Assembly: GCA_026417875.1 (NCBI GenBank)
Contig: JAOACK010000006.1
Span: 1,201 to 65,200 of the forward strand
DNA length: 64,000 nt
Direction of reading: 5' to 3'
Origin: Thermodesulfovibrionales bacterium
GTDB taxonomy: Bacteria; Nitrospirota; Thermodesulfovibrionia; Thermodesulfovibrionales; CALJEL01
The notes below the pieces were generated by a model. That model was not told where the DNA came from and did not search any database. It worked only from the letters and a program-made list of their open reading frames with translations. The translations under genes and the position numbers were made by a program. Positions 55,522 through 64,000 of this stretch are shown here, piece by piece; position 1 is the first letter of the stretch, and the number at the start of each line of letters is the position of its first letter.

Positions 55522-55713
55522 ATTTAACTCCTTTAAGTTTTTTATTATTTATAGCAGAGGTTTAAACATCTGTCAAGTCAGTGCTTCTAATATTTAGAAC
55601 AAAGTGTTCCCTGAGCCTGAAGAAATCGGAGATTTTGGTTGAGGTATTTTCGTTAAGCACATCTTCCCTCTTAAATATTGAACATATGATTTCTATCGTC
55701 AGATAGAAAAGTT

Positions 55714-57909
55714 ATGTTAAAATTATTCATGCAGCAGAAGATAATGGCACTTATTGAAGGAAGATTATCAGATCCCTTTGAAGTCCTCGGTACTCATAAA
55801 AAAGGAGAAAAGATAATCATCAGAACCTATCTTCCACATGTAAAGAATGTCTGGCTTTTGATTGGTAAAAAAAAATACAGATTTAAGGAGATAGAAAAAG
55901 GACTCTTTGAGTTAGAACTTGAAGAACTCAAGGAGAAACATTATAAACTAAAGACTATTGATTATAATAACCTTACAGAAGAGTTTATTGATCCCTATTC
56001 ATTTGATAAACCTATTCTTGGTGACCTTGATCTTCACCTAATTAATGAAGGAACCCATCACAGAATATATGATAAACTTGGTGCCCATATAATGGAGATT
56101 GATGGAATCAGAGGAACTCACTTTGCTGTATGGGCACCAAATGCTGAAAGGGTGAGTGTAATTGGAGATTTCAATAGATGGGATTCAAGAATACACATGA
56201 TGAGACCATTAAAGAGCTCTGGAATTTGGGAGATATTCATACCAGGAGTAAAGGAAGATTCACTTTATAAATACGAAATCAGGTCAAAATACCACAACAA
56301 CATTATCAGAATTAAGTCCGATCCCTTTGCCTATTATTCGGAATTGAGACCAAAGACTGCTTCCATTGTTGTAAATCTAAATTCTTATAAATGGAATGAT
56401 GACGAATGGATGGAGCGAAGAAAGTATTCAAATCCCTACGAATCACCCATCTCAATTTATGAAGTACACGCTGGCTCATGGATGAGAGTTCCTGAGGAAG
56501 GAAATAGATTTCTTAATTATAGAGAACTTGCCCACCATCTCATACCATATGTAAAGGAAATGGGATTTACCCACATTGAGCTGATGCCTATTACAGAACA
56601 TCCCTTTGATGGATCATGGGGTTACCAGACAACGGGTTACTATTCAGCAACAAGTAGATATGGAAGGCCTGAAGACCTGATGTATTTTATAGACCAGTGT
56701 CATCAAAATGGAATAGGTGTAATACTTGACTGGGTTCCATCCCATTTCGCCTCTGATGACCACGGGCTAAGGTTCTTTGATGGAACATGCCTTTATGAGC
56801 ATGAAGACCCGAGAAAGGGATACCATCCTGACTGGTCAAGTCTGGTTTTTAATTATGGAAGAAATGAGGTAAGAAATTTTCTTACAGGAAGTGCACTTTT
56901 CTGGCTAGAAAAATACCATATCGATGGTCTGAGAATAGATGCTGTAGCATCCATGCTCTATCTTGATTATTCAAGAAAAGAAGGAGAATGGATTCCAAAC
57001 ATCTATGGTGGAAGAGAGAATCTTGAGGCGATATCCTTTCTTAAATATCTCAATGAAACGGTTCATCATTATTTCCCGGGAGTTCTCACAATTGCTGAGG
57101 AATCAACTGCATGGCCCATGGTTTCAAGGCCCACTTATATAGGCGGGCTAGGATTCAGCATGAAATGGAATATGGGATGGATGCATGATACCCTTGAGTA
57201 TTTCTCAAAAGACCCTGTTTTCAGAAAATACCATCAGGGAAATCTTACATTTAGCATGCTCTATGCCTTCAGCGAAAATTTTATACTTCCATTAAGCCAT
57301 GATGAAGTAGTCCACGGTAAGGGTTCACTCTTTGGAAAGATGCCAGGAGACGACTGGCAGAGATTTGCAAATCTAAGGCTTCTTTACGGATATATGTTTG
57401 GCCATCCGGGAAAAAAACTCCTATTCATGGGCAGTGAATTCGGGCAGTGGAGGGAATGGGATTACAATTCAAGTATAGACTGGCATCTCCTTCAATATGA
57501 ATCACACAGAGGAATTCAGTTATTAATAAAGGACCTCAATTCACTGCTTAAAAAAGAACCATCACTACATGAGCTTGATTTTCACTGGAATGGCTTTGAA
57601 TGGATTGATTTTCATGACTCTGAAAAGAGTATTATTGCCTTTATTAGAAAGGCAAAAAATCCTGACGACTTTCTTGTCTTTGTTTATAATTTTACTCCCG
57701 TCATCAGATTTAATTACACAATAGGAGTTCCTAGATCTGGCTATTACAGAGAGATACTGAACAGCGATTCAGCAATCTACTGGGGAAGTAATGTAGGGAA
57801 TCGTGGCGGTGTTCATGCTGAAAGAATACCAGCTCACGGAAGACCTTATTCCATCAGTATAACCCTTCCACCTCTTGCTGCACTTGTATTTAAACCACAG
57901 CGAGACTAA
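55714..57909 (+). CDS. glgB: 1,4-alpha-glucan branching enzyme
   Basis: [44 protein letters not shown] (GH13 catalytic motifs). The start may be one of the downstream Met codons (M6/M11). Confidence 0.93.
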   Translation: MLKLFMQQKIMALIEGRLSDPFEVLGTHKKGEKIIIRTYLPHVKNVWLLIGKKKYRFKEIEKGLFELELEELKEKHYKLKTIDYNNLTEEFIDPYSFDKPILGDLDLHLINEGTHHRIYDKLGAHIMEIDGIRGTHFAVWAPNAERVSVIGDFNRWDSRIHMMRPLKSSGIWEIFIPGVKEDSLYKYEIRSKYHNNIIRIKSDPFAYYSELRPKTASIVVNLNSYKWNDDEWMERRKYSNPYESPISIYEVHAGSWMRVPEEGNRFLNYRELAHHLIPYVKEMGFTHIELMPITEHPFDGSWGYQTTGYYSATSRYGRPEDLMYFIDQCHQNGIGVILDWVPSHFASDDHGLRFFDGTCLYEHEDPRKGYHPDWSSLVFNYGRNEVRNFLTGSALFWLEKYHIDGLRIDAVASMLYLDYSRKEGEWIPNIYGGRENLEAISFLKYLNETVHHYFPGVLTIAEESTAWPMVSRPTYIGGLGFSMKWNMGWMHDTLEYFSKDPVFRKYHQGNLTFSMLYAFSENFILPLSHDEVVHGKGSLFGKMPGDDWQRFANLRLLYGYMFGHPGKKLLFMGSEFGQWREWDYNSSIDWHLLQYESHRGIQLLIKDLNSLLKKEPSLHELDFHWNGFEWIDFHDSEKSIIAFIRKAKNPDDFLVFVYNFTPVIRFNYTIGVPRSGYYREILNSDSAIYWGSNVGNRGGVHAERIPAHGRPYSISITLPPLAALVFKPQRD

Positions 57910-57925
57910 TTAAATAAATCAAGAA

Positions 57926-58000
57926 TGGTAGGCGCGAAGGGGATCGAACCCTTGGCCTCTTCCGCGTCAAGGAAGCGCTCTCCCACTGAGCTACGCGCCT
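57926..58000 (-). tRNA. tRNA-Val (anticodon GAC), CCA encoded
   Basis: Reverse complement is AGGCGCGTAGCTCAGTGGGAGAGCGCTTCCTTGACGCGGAAGAGGCCAAGGGTTCGATCCCCTTCGCGCCTACCA. Acceptor AGGCGCG/CGCGCCT, anticodon stem CTTCC/GGAAG with loop TTGACGC, T-loop TTCGATC. Confidence 0.93.
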
Positions 58001-58012
58001 TAGGTTATATAA

Positions 58013-58041
58013 ATTAACCTATTACTATACCTTCCTGTCAA
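58013..58041 (-). promoter_or_regulatory. Candidate promoter for tRNA-Val(GAC)
   Basis: Minus strand: TTGACA (58041-58036), 17-nt spacer, GTTAAT (58018-58013). The architecture matches the candidate tRNA promoter at 1241-1269. Confidence 0.35.
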
Positions 58042-58065
58042 GAATCTAAAAAAATTCTTGTGCTG

Positions 58066-58094
58066 TTGACTTTTTCTATACTTTAGCCTAAAAT
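58066..58094 (+). promoter_or_regulatory. Sigma-70 promoter for the response-regulator/valS/nadC unit
   Basis: TTGACT (58066-71), exactly 17 nt, TAAAAT (58089-94). An AGGAGTGAGAGG SD precedes ATG 58119. Confidence 0.55.
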
Positions 58095-58118
58095 TAATAA
58101 AAATTCAGGAGTGAGAGG

Positions 58119-59018
58119 ATGGCAACAAAGGTACTACTTGCAGATGACAGTATTACAATACAGAAGGTTGTTGAGCTCATTCTTACAGAACACGGTTTTG
58201 AGGTTAAAACTGTAAACAATGGTCAGGAAGCCTTAACAACAATGCTTTCTTACACTCCTGATATTGTTCTTGCAGATGCAGAGATGCCCGTGCTTAACGG
58301 TTATCAACTCTGTGAAAGAATTAAAAATAATTCACGAACAAAACACATACCTGTTATACTCCTTGCAGGGGCCTTTGAGCCAATAGATGTGGAACTTGTG
58401 AAAAATGTAAAAGCTGATGGCACTCTCACAAAACCTTTTGAAGCACAGGAACTTCTAAGCAAGATAAATTCCTTTCTGGGCAGAAAAGAGAAAAAAATGG
58501 AAGAAGAGCTCATAGAAGAGCCCTCTCCAGTGACAGCTCTGACAGAAGAGAGTGAAGAGGCAATAATGGTTGAAGAAGAAATATGGGAGGTTGAAGAGCC
58601 CGCGGAACAGATTACTATTGAAGAAAGTCCAGAAGTTATAACCCAGCCAGAACAGAAAATTGTCCCCCTAACAGAAGAAAGATCTTTTACAGTAGAAGAA
58701 AAAACAGCAATCCCAGAACAACCTCTTACAGGAATTTCAAAAGAGTCTTTTGAAAGGGCTATAAGGGATGCTGTAGCAGGAATAATTGCCAGTTCTGACC
58801 TTCCCTCCATCATAAGAGCCGCTGTCAAGGATTCTGTCGAAAAGATGCTTGCAGAAAGACTTCCATACCTTATAGAAGATCTTACAAAGGAGCTCCTGAA
58901 AGGCTCTCTTTCTGGTATTTCCAGTGAGATAGAAAAGGTTCTCTGGGAAACCCTTCCCGAGCTGGCAGAGACACTCATAACAAAGGAGATAGAGAGAATA
59001 AAGGTATCCTTATCCTGA
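58119..59018 (+). CDS. Response regulator receiver protein with acidic linker and uncharacterised helical C-terminal domain
   Basis: CheY-like REC: LLADDS, IVLADAEMPVLNG (phospho-acceptor Asp), LTKPF. It is followed by a Glu-rich low-complexity region and a C-terminal helical domain of about 100 aa. Confidence 0.85.
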   Translation: MATKVLLADDSITIQKVVELILTEHGFEVKTVNNGQEALTTMLSYTPDIVLADAEMPVLNGYQLCERIKNNSRTKHIPVILLAGAFEPIDVELVKNVKADGTLTKPFEAQELLSKINSFLGRKEKKMEEELIEEPSPVTALTEESEEAIMVEEEIWEVEEPAEQITIEESPEVITQPEQKIVPLTEERSFTVEEKTAIPEQPLTGISKESFERAIRDAVAGIIASSDLPSIIRAAVKDSVEKMLAERLPYLIEDLTKELLKGSLSGISSEIEKVLWETLPELAETLITKEIERIKVSLS

Positions 59019-59034
59019 AAAAAATTCCTTCCCT

Positions 59035-61866
59035 ATGAAAGACAGAAAGACCTTTGAACCAAAAGATTGTGAAGAAAAAATTTATAATTTCTGGTTGAGC
59101 CATGAACTCTTCAGGCCCTCAGGTGAAGGTGAACCCTACTGTATTGTAATTCCTCCACCAAATGTCACAGGTTCGCTCCATATGGGTCATGCCCTTAATG
59201 CAACTCTTCAGGACATCCTTATAAGATGGAAGAGGATGCAGGGATTTAAGACACTTTGGTTGCCTGGAACGGACCATGCTGGTATAGCAACACAGAATGT
59301 GGTTGAAAGGCTTCTCCAGAAGGAAAATCTCACGAGACAGATACTTGGCAGGGATGCCTTTATAAAAAGGGTCTGGCAGTGGAAGGAGCTTTCAGGTGGT
59401 CAGATTATCTCTCAGTTAAAAAGGCTTGGAGCTTCATGCGACTGGTCAAGAGAAAGATTCACTATGGATGAAGGCCTCTCAAGAGCTGTAAGAGAAGTTT
59501 TTGTGAGGCTCTTTAATGAAGGACTTATCTACAGGGATTACAGGTTGATCAACTGGTGTCCCAGGTGCCAGACTGCTCTGTCAGACCTGGAGGTTGAATA
59601 CGAGGAGATTGAAGGTAGACTTTATTATATAAGATATCCCTTTTCTGACGGTAAGGGTTATATAACTGTAGCTACAACACGGCCCGAGACCATGCTTGGA
59701 GATACTGCTGTGGCGGTCAACCCCGAGGATGAGAGATATTCATCACTCATTGGAAAAGAGCTAATCCTGCCTCTTACAAACAGAAAAATAAATATTGTTG
59801 GAGATAGCGCCGTATTAAAAGATTTCGGAACAGGAGCTGTTAAGGTTACACCGGCCCATGATTTTGCTGATGAAGAGATAGCAAAAAGACACGGTCTGCC
59901 ATCTCTAATAGTTATTGACAGAAATGCAAAAATGACACCAGAGGCAGGTAAAAAATATGAAGGTCTTGATAGATATGTGGCAAGAAAAGAAATAATCAGT
60001 GATCTGAAGGAACAGGGTCTTCTTGAAAAAGAAGAAAGGTATATTCATTCAGTTGGTCACTGTTATAGATGCAAGACAGCCATTGAACCGCTACCTACGC
60101 TCCAGTGGTATATAAAGATAGAACCCCTTGCAAAACCCGCTATTGAGGCTGTAAGAAATGGAAGGATAAGGATAATCCCTGAAATATGGCTTAATAGCTA
60201 CTATGCCTGGATGGAGAATATCAAGGACTGGTGTATCTCGAGACAGATATGGTGGGGTCACAGGATACCTGTCTGGTACTGTCCTGAGTGCAGGGATTCA
60301 GAAGGAAGAAGACAGGGCGAAAGGATAGTTATTAAACTATCAAAACCCCTGCTTCTAAAAGGTATATCAAAAGAAAAGGCAACATATGTTGAGCTAAAGG
60401 AGGCGGGATTTTCCCATTCAGATATACTCTCCGTTGTTGATTCTGTTGAGATGGATAAGGATATAAAACCCATAGTTTCTATTGATGAACTCAATAAATG
60501 TCCTGAATGTGGTTCAGAACTTCTTCAGGATACTGATGTACTTGATACATGGTTCTCCTCTGCTCTCTGGCCTTTCTCCACACTCGGCTGGCCTGAAGAA
60601 ACAGAGGACCTGAAGACCTTTTATCCAACAAGTGTTCTTGTAACAGCTTTTGATATACTTTTCTTCTGGGTTGCAAGGATGATAATGATGGGTCTTAAAT
60701 TCATGAATGAGGTTCCATTCAGGGATGTCTATATACATGCAATAGTGAGGGATGAGAAAGGTCAGAAGATGTCAAAATCAAAGGGTAATGTTATTGATCC
60801 GCTTGTTATGATTGATAGATACGGTACGGATGCCTTCAGATTTACCCTTGCAGCCTTTGCTGCCCAGGGCCGGGATATAAGATTCTCTGAAGAGAGACTT
60901 GAGGGTTACAGGGCATTTGTGAACAAACTCTGGAATGCCTCAAGATTCATTCTCATGAATACAGAGGATATAAAAGAGATCCCTGATGATGGATATATAG
61001 AAAAAAATAGAAAGGAATTCAATTTACCGACCCGCTGGATTCTTCACAGACTGCAGCTCACAATTCGTATGATCAATGATAGCCTTAATCAGTACAGGTT
61101 TAATGATGCAGCAAGCTCAATCTATCAATTTATATGGCATGAATTCTGCGACTGGTATATAGAATTTTCAAAGATATACCTCTATTCAGAGCAGGATAGC
61201 AGGACTGCTTCCGAAAGAGAAGATGTAAAAAAGGTTCTTGTTTATATCCTTGAAAAGCTTCTGAGACTCCTTCATCCCTTCATGCCATTTGTTACAGAAG
61301 AGATCTGGCAGCATCTGCCTCATAAGGAAATAAGCATCATGATAACTCCCTATCCTGAGAAAATGACTGAAGACCCGGAGGCAGAAGAAAAAATATCCTT
61401 TCTTATTGATACCATAATGACTATTAGAACAATAAGAGGTGAGCTTAACATTCCTCCATCAAAGGAACTGGACTTACTGGTGAAGACCTCTGCCCGGGGA
61501 ATAACAGAGATCCTGAAGACACACCAAGTACATATAAAGAAATTAGCCCGTATCAGGGATATAATCGGTATAGGTGAGGATGTTAAGCGTCCAAAGGGTT
61601 CTGCCATAGCTGTGAGGGAGGGGTTTGAGATATACCTTCCACTTGAAGGTATTATTAATCTTGAACAGGAAATCAACAGACTCAAAAAAGACCTCAATTC
61701 TGTTCTAAAGGAGATGGAATTCATAAATAAAAAACTGCTCAATGAGGACTTTCTCAAAAAGGCACCTCCCCATGTAGTTGAAAAGGAAAGAAGGGAATAT
61801 GAAAGTCTTGTAATAAAAAAACAGAAACTGATTGAAGGTATTGAGAGACTTAAAGAGATGCAATGA
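59035..61866 (+). CDS. valS: Valine--tRNA ligase
   Basis: PPPNVTGSLHMGHALN (HIGH), KMSKSKGN, DVLDTWFSS, C-terminal coiled coil. About 69 aa are inserted between two CPEC pairs (60292-60498). Confidence 0.96.
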   Translation: MKDRKTFEPKDCEEKIYNFWLSHELFRPSGEGEPYCIVIPPPNVTGSLHMGHALNATLQDILIRWKRMQGFKTLWLPGTDHAGIATQNVVERLLQKENLTRQILGRDAFIKRVWQWKELSGGQIISQLKRLGASCDWSRERFTMDEGLSRAVREVFVRLFNEGLIYRDYRLINWCPRCQTALSDLEVEYEEIEGRLYYIRYPFSDGKGYITVATTRPETMLGDTAVAVNPEDERYSSLIGKELILPLTNRKINIVGDSAVLKDFGTGAVKVTPAHDFADEEIAKRHGLPSLIVIDRNAKMTPEAGKKYEGLDRYVARKEIISDLKEQGLLEKEERYIHSVGHCYRCKTAIEPLPTLQWYIKIEPLAKPAIEAVRNGRIRIIPEIWLNSYYAWMENIKDWCISRQIWWGHRIPVWYCPECRDSEGRRQGERIVIKLSKPLLLKGISKEKATYVELKEAGFSHSDILSVVDSVEMDKDIKPIVSIDELNKCPECGSELLQDTDVLDTWFSSALWPFSTLGWPEETEDLKTFYPTSVLVTAFDILFFWVARMIMMGLKFMNEVPFRDVYIHAIVRDEKGQKMSKSKGNVIDPLVMIDRYGTDAFRFTLAAFAAQGRDIRFSEERLEGYRAFVNKLWNASRFILMNTEDIKEIPDDGYIEKNRKEFNLPTRWILHRLQLTIRMINDSLNQYRFNDAASSIYQFIWHEFCDWYIEFSKIYLYSEQDSRTASEREDVKKVLVYILEKLLRLLHPFMPFVTEEIWQHLPHKEISIMITPYPEKMTEDPEAEEKISFLIDTIMTIRTIRGELNIPPSKELDLLVKTSARGITEILKTHQVHIKKLARIRDIIGIGEDVKRPKGSAIAVREGFEIYLPLEGIINLEQEINRLKKDLNSVLKEMEFINKKLLNEDFLKKAPPHVVEKERREYESLVIKKQKLIEGIERLKEMQ

Positions 61867-62714
61867 ATATTCCTCAAGAGATAAAAGAATTTCTGAAAAA
61901 GGCGCTTGAGGAAGACATCCTCCATGGAGATATAACAACAGAACTCACCATCCCATCTGAAAATATCTCAGATGCAATTATAATAGCAAAGTCCAATTTT
62001 ATCCTTGCTGGAATGCCTTTTATTAAAGAGCTTTTTACACTATATGATCCTGATATAGAATTTAATATATTAAAAAAAGATGGCTCACAGATAGAAAGAG
62101 GAGATGTGATTGCAAAGCTTAAGGGCAGAACACATTCAATACTAGCCTGTGAAAGGACAGGATTGAATATACTCCAGAGGCTTTCTGGTATAGCCACACT
62201 TACAGCGAGGTTTGTTCAAGAGATAAAAGGCACAAAGGCAAGGATACTCGATACAAGGAAAACCACTCCCTGCATGCGTTATCTTGAAAAATATGCTGTA
62301 AGGATAGGAGGAGGTTATAATCACAGATTCGGTCTTTATGATGGTATCCTTATAAAGGATAATCATATTAAAGCTGCCGGTGGTATTAAAAAAGCTGTGG
62401 ATAATATAAAAAATAGTAAAGCCTTCCATCATCTTCTAAAGATTGAGGTTGAGGTTAAAGATATTGAGGAGGTTAATGAAGCAGTAGAGGCAGGTGTGGA
62501 TGCAATCATGCTTGACAATATGGATATAGAAGAGATGAAGAAGGCAGTAAAATATATCAGAGAAAAAAAACCAGGAATATTGATAGAAGCTTCGGGTAAT
62601 GTAAATCCTGGGAATGTTAGGGCCATTGCTGAGACAGGTGTTGATTTTATATCAGCAGGAATGCTCACTCACTCTGCTGAAGCAGCGGACATAAGTCTTA
62701 AAATAGTGGATTAG
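61863..62714 (+). CDS. nadC: Nicotinate-nucleotide diphosphorylase (carboxylating)
   Basis: ILDTRKTTPCMR, IKDNHI, MLDNM, EASGN. Confidence 0.92.
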   Translation: MNIPQEIKEFLKKALEEDILHGDITTELTIPSENISDAIIIAKSNFILAGMPFIKELFTLYDPDIEFNILKKDGSQIERGDVIAKLKGRTHSILACERTGLNILQRLSGIATLTARFVQEIKGTKARILDTRKTTPCMRYLEKYAVRIGGGYNHRFGLYDGILIKDNHIKAAGGIKKAVDNIKNSKAFHHLLKIEVEVKDIEEVNEAVEAGVDAIMLDNMDIEEMKKAVKYIREKKPGILIEASGNVNPGNVRAIAETGVDFISAGMLTHSAEAADISLKIVD

Positions 62715-62717
62715 TTT

Positions 62718-63266
62718 TTACCTCACTGAATCCGAATGATAGCGCTCAAGCATGAGAAGCCTTCTTTTCAAATCAAGCCCAAGACTATAACCGCATAAAT
62801 CTCTGCTGCCCACTATTCTGTGGCAGGGAATAACAATAGGAAGTGGATTTCTTTTTAGAGCCTGACCAACTGCCCTCTGTGAAGAGGGCCTGCCAATCTC
62901 TCTGGCAAGCCATCCATAAGTCCTTGTCTCTCCAAAGGGTATAGAGCGAATGGCCTTCCATACCTTTATCTCGAAAGGAGAAAAATATATATTAGCATCA
63001 TCAAGGTCCAGAACTGTTTTCAGTTCAAAGTAAAATCTTTTACCATCAAAATATTCTTGAAACTGTGAAAGGATTCTTTGCGGGATTTTCTTTCTTTTTA
63101 TCACTGATATTAAGCCTCTGAAATAACATGGGAATCTTTTCTCTACAGGTTCGTCAGAAAGAATTGTTGTTATACCATAAAACACATCTTTATCAAAAAG
63201 AATGTAAAAAACTCCAAGAGAGGTCTCTATCTGGTCAAAGAAAAGCACCTTCCCTTCATTCGTCAT
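62718..63266 (-). CDS. ogt: Methylated-DNA--protein-cysteine methyltransferase
   Basis: IPCHRIV active site, FEIKVWKAIRSIPFGETRTYG, AVGQALKRNPLPIVIP. Confidence 0.88.
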   Translation of the reverse strand: MTNEGKVLFFDQIETSLGVFYILFDKDVFYGITTILSDEPVEKRFPCYFRGLISVIKRKKIPQRILSQFQEYFDGKRFYFELKTVLDLDDANIYFSPFEIKVWKAIRSIPFGETRTYGWLAREIGRPSSQRAVGQALKRNPLPIVIPCHRIVGSRDLCGYSLGLDLKRRLLMLERYHSDSVR

Positions 63267-63278
63267 CTCTTGCGTGCT

Positions 63279-64000
63279 TCATACCATCATGGCAGAGGAA
63301 TTATAAACCTCCACCCGGTCACCACCATGCCTGATTGCTTCTTTAAGGGCCTTTTCAGCACACCAGAGAAGCTCTTCAGCTGACTGAGTTTCAAGTGTTG
63401 CAAGACCAACACTTACAGTAATCTTTCCCTTTGGAAGGGTCTCTGCATAAAGGAAAGGATGATTCTTTATAATGGCACTGAATCTGTTTCCAAGTGCCCT
63501 GGCTGCTTCAAAGGATGTATTGGCGAGGATTATGGCAAAGGCATCTCCGCCATATCTTACAACTACATCTGAACCCCTTGTATTCTTCTTGAGAAGTTCT
63601 GCAATCTTTTTGAGCACTATATTCCCGTAAAATTCACCTCTCTCCCTGACATATCTGCCAAAGAAATCTATATCAAGAAGAAGGAGATTCAATGGTAATT
63701 TATACCTGTGTGCCCTCTCCACCTCCTGTGCAAGCCTCAGAACAAGATATCTGTGATTGAAAAGACCTGTTAGTTCATCAACAAGACCGGCCTTTCTCGG
63801 ATAGAGCATCTCCAGTTCCTGAATGTAGGAGATTAAATCCTTGGGTTCAAAGGTATGTTTTTTTATGATTCTCTCAATCTTACCAACAAGTTCAAGCCTC
63901 TCCTCAACAGGTATGTCCTTCTGTGTTAAGAGGAAAAGGGGTATATCCTTGGTAACAGGATTTTCCCTTAGCTGTCTTACCATATCAAATCCTGATATAT
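63279..64000 (-). CDS. Response regulator with GGDEF domain (degenerate GGDAF A-site); N-terminus beyond the window end
   Basis: The frame is open to the window edge. The visible part starts in the last REC helix/strand (…DIPLFLLTQKD). GGDEF domain has RGSD-VVVRY-GGDAF. Confidence 0.8.
   Translation of the reverse strand, partial: ISGFDMVRQLRENPVTKDIPLFLLTQKDIPVEERLELVGKIERIIKKHTFEPKDLISYIQELEMLYPRKAGLVDELTGLFNHRYLVLRLAQEVERAHRYKLPLNLLLLDIDFFGRYVRERGEFYGNIVLKKIAELLKKNTRGSDVVVRYGGDAFAIILANTSFEAARALGNRFSAIIKNHPFLYAETLPKGKITVSVGLATLETQSAEELLWCAEKALKEAIRHGGDRVEVYNSSAMMV

Noticed and set aside
58304-58978. 224-aa antisense ORF inside the response-regulator gene. The same applies to 61350..61925 in valS/nadC, 47831..48268 in nnr, 9181..9645 in secA and 505..738 in accC.
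   Set aside because: These are Ser/Leu/Phe-rich shadow frames opposite Glu/Lys-rich or strongly homologous sense genes. They have no SD or promoter signals and no recognisable motifs.
1-64000. Search for a CRISPR array, cas genes, integrase/transposase/recombinase genes, phage structural genes and toxin-antitoxin pairs
   Set aside because: I could not find repeat-spacer periodicity or any ORF with recognisable motifs of these families. The CARF protein is therefore treated as an orphan. A by-eye scan can miss short or degenerate arrays.

Overview
Tightly packed, low-G+C chromosomal segment with about 68 protein genes, many with overlapping or few-nt junctions. It comes from a diderm bacterium: an LptC-LptA-LptB-RpoN-HPF cluster, a small triheme c-type cytochrome, an AmmeMemoRadiSam-type radical SAM enzyme and a citramalate synthase are present. 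My low-confidence guess is a thermophilic anaerobe of the Nitrospirota/Thermodesulfovibrio type. Most genes are housekeeping: secA, argS, valS, pcrA, def-fmt, pyrF, dcd, lysC, ilvD, dapB, pdxJ, acpS, nadC, glgC/glgB, aroE, rpe, panD, gatC, hpt, queD, truD and ogt. There are three tRNAs (Asp-GTC, Val-TAC, Val-GAC). I recognised no rRNA, CRISPR array, cas gene, transposase, integrase or prophage gene. The region that looks accessory and unexplained is 5716-8966 on the minus strand. It is a five-gene operon: a Cas_NE0113-type CARF domain fused to an OmpR-like winged helix with a 4-Cys insert, an 84-aa two-TM protein, a stomatin-like SPFH/band-7 protein, a 160-aa membrane-anchored SAVED/CARF-like module, and a small Cys-pair protein. 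A tandem 11-bp direct repeat abuts its promoter, and no nucleotide cyclase or cas gene lies anywhere in the window. Secondary observations: (1) at least nine genes have a -10 hexamer, often extended (TGnTAxAAT), ending 6-7 nt before the start codon with no Shine-Dalgarno, so they are candidate leaderless mRNAs; (2) secA is translationally coupled to a GAF-GGDEF protein, an MglA-type GTPase with a coiled-coil tail and a CPA2 antiporter; (3) a PAS-like/Cys4/GAF-GAF protein has no output domain; (4) a REC-GGDEF protein has a degenerate GGDAF A-site; (5) ValS carries a ~69-aa insertion splitting its zinc knuckle. All functional calls rest on motifs read by eye from the ORF translations. No database search was run.
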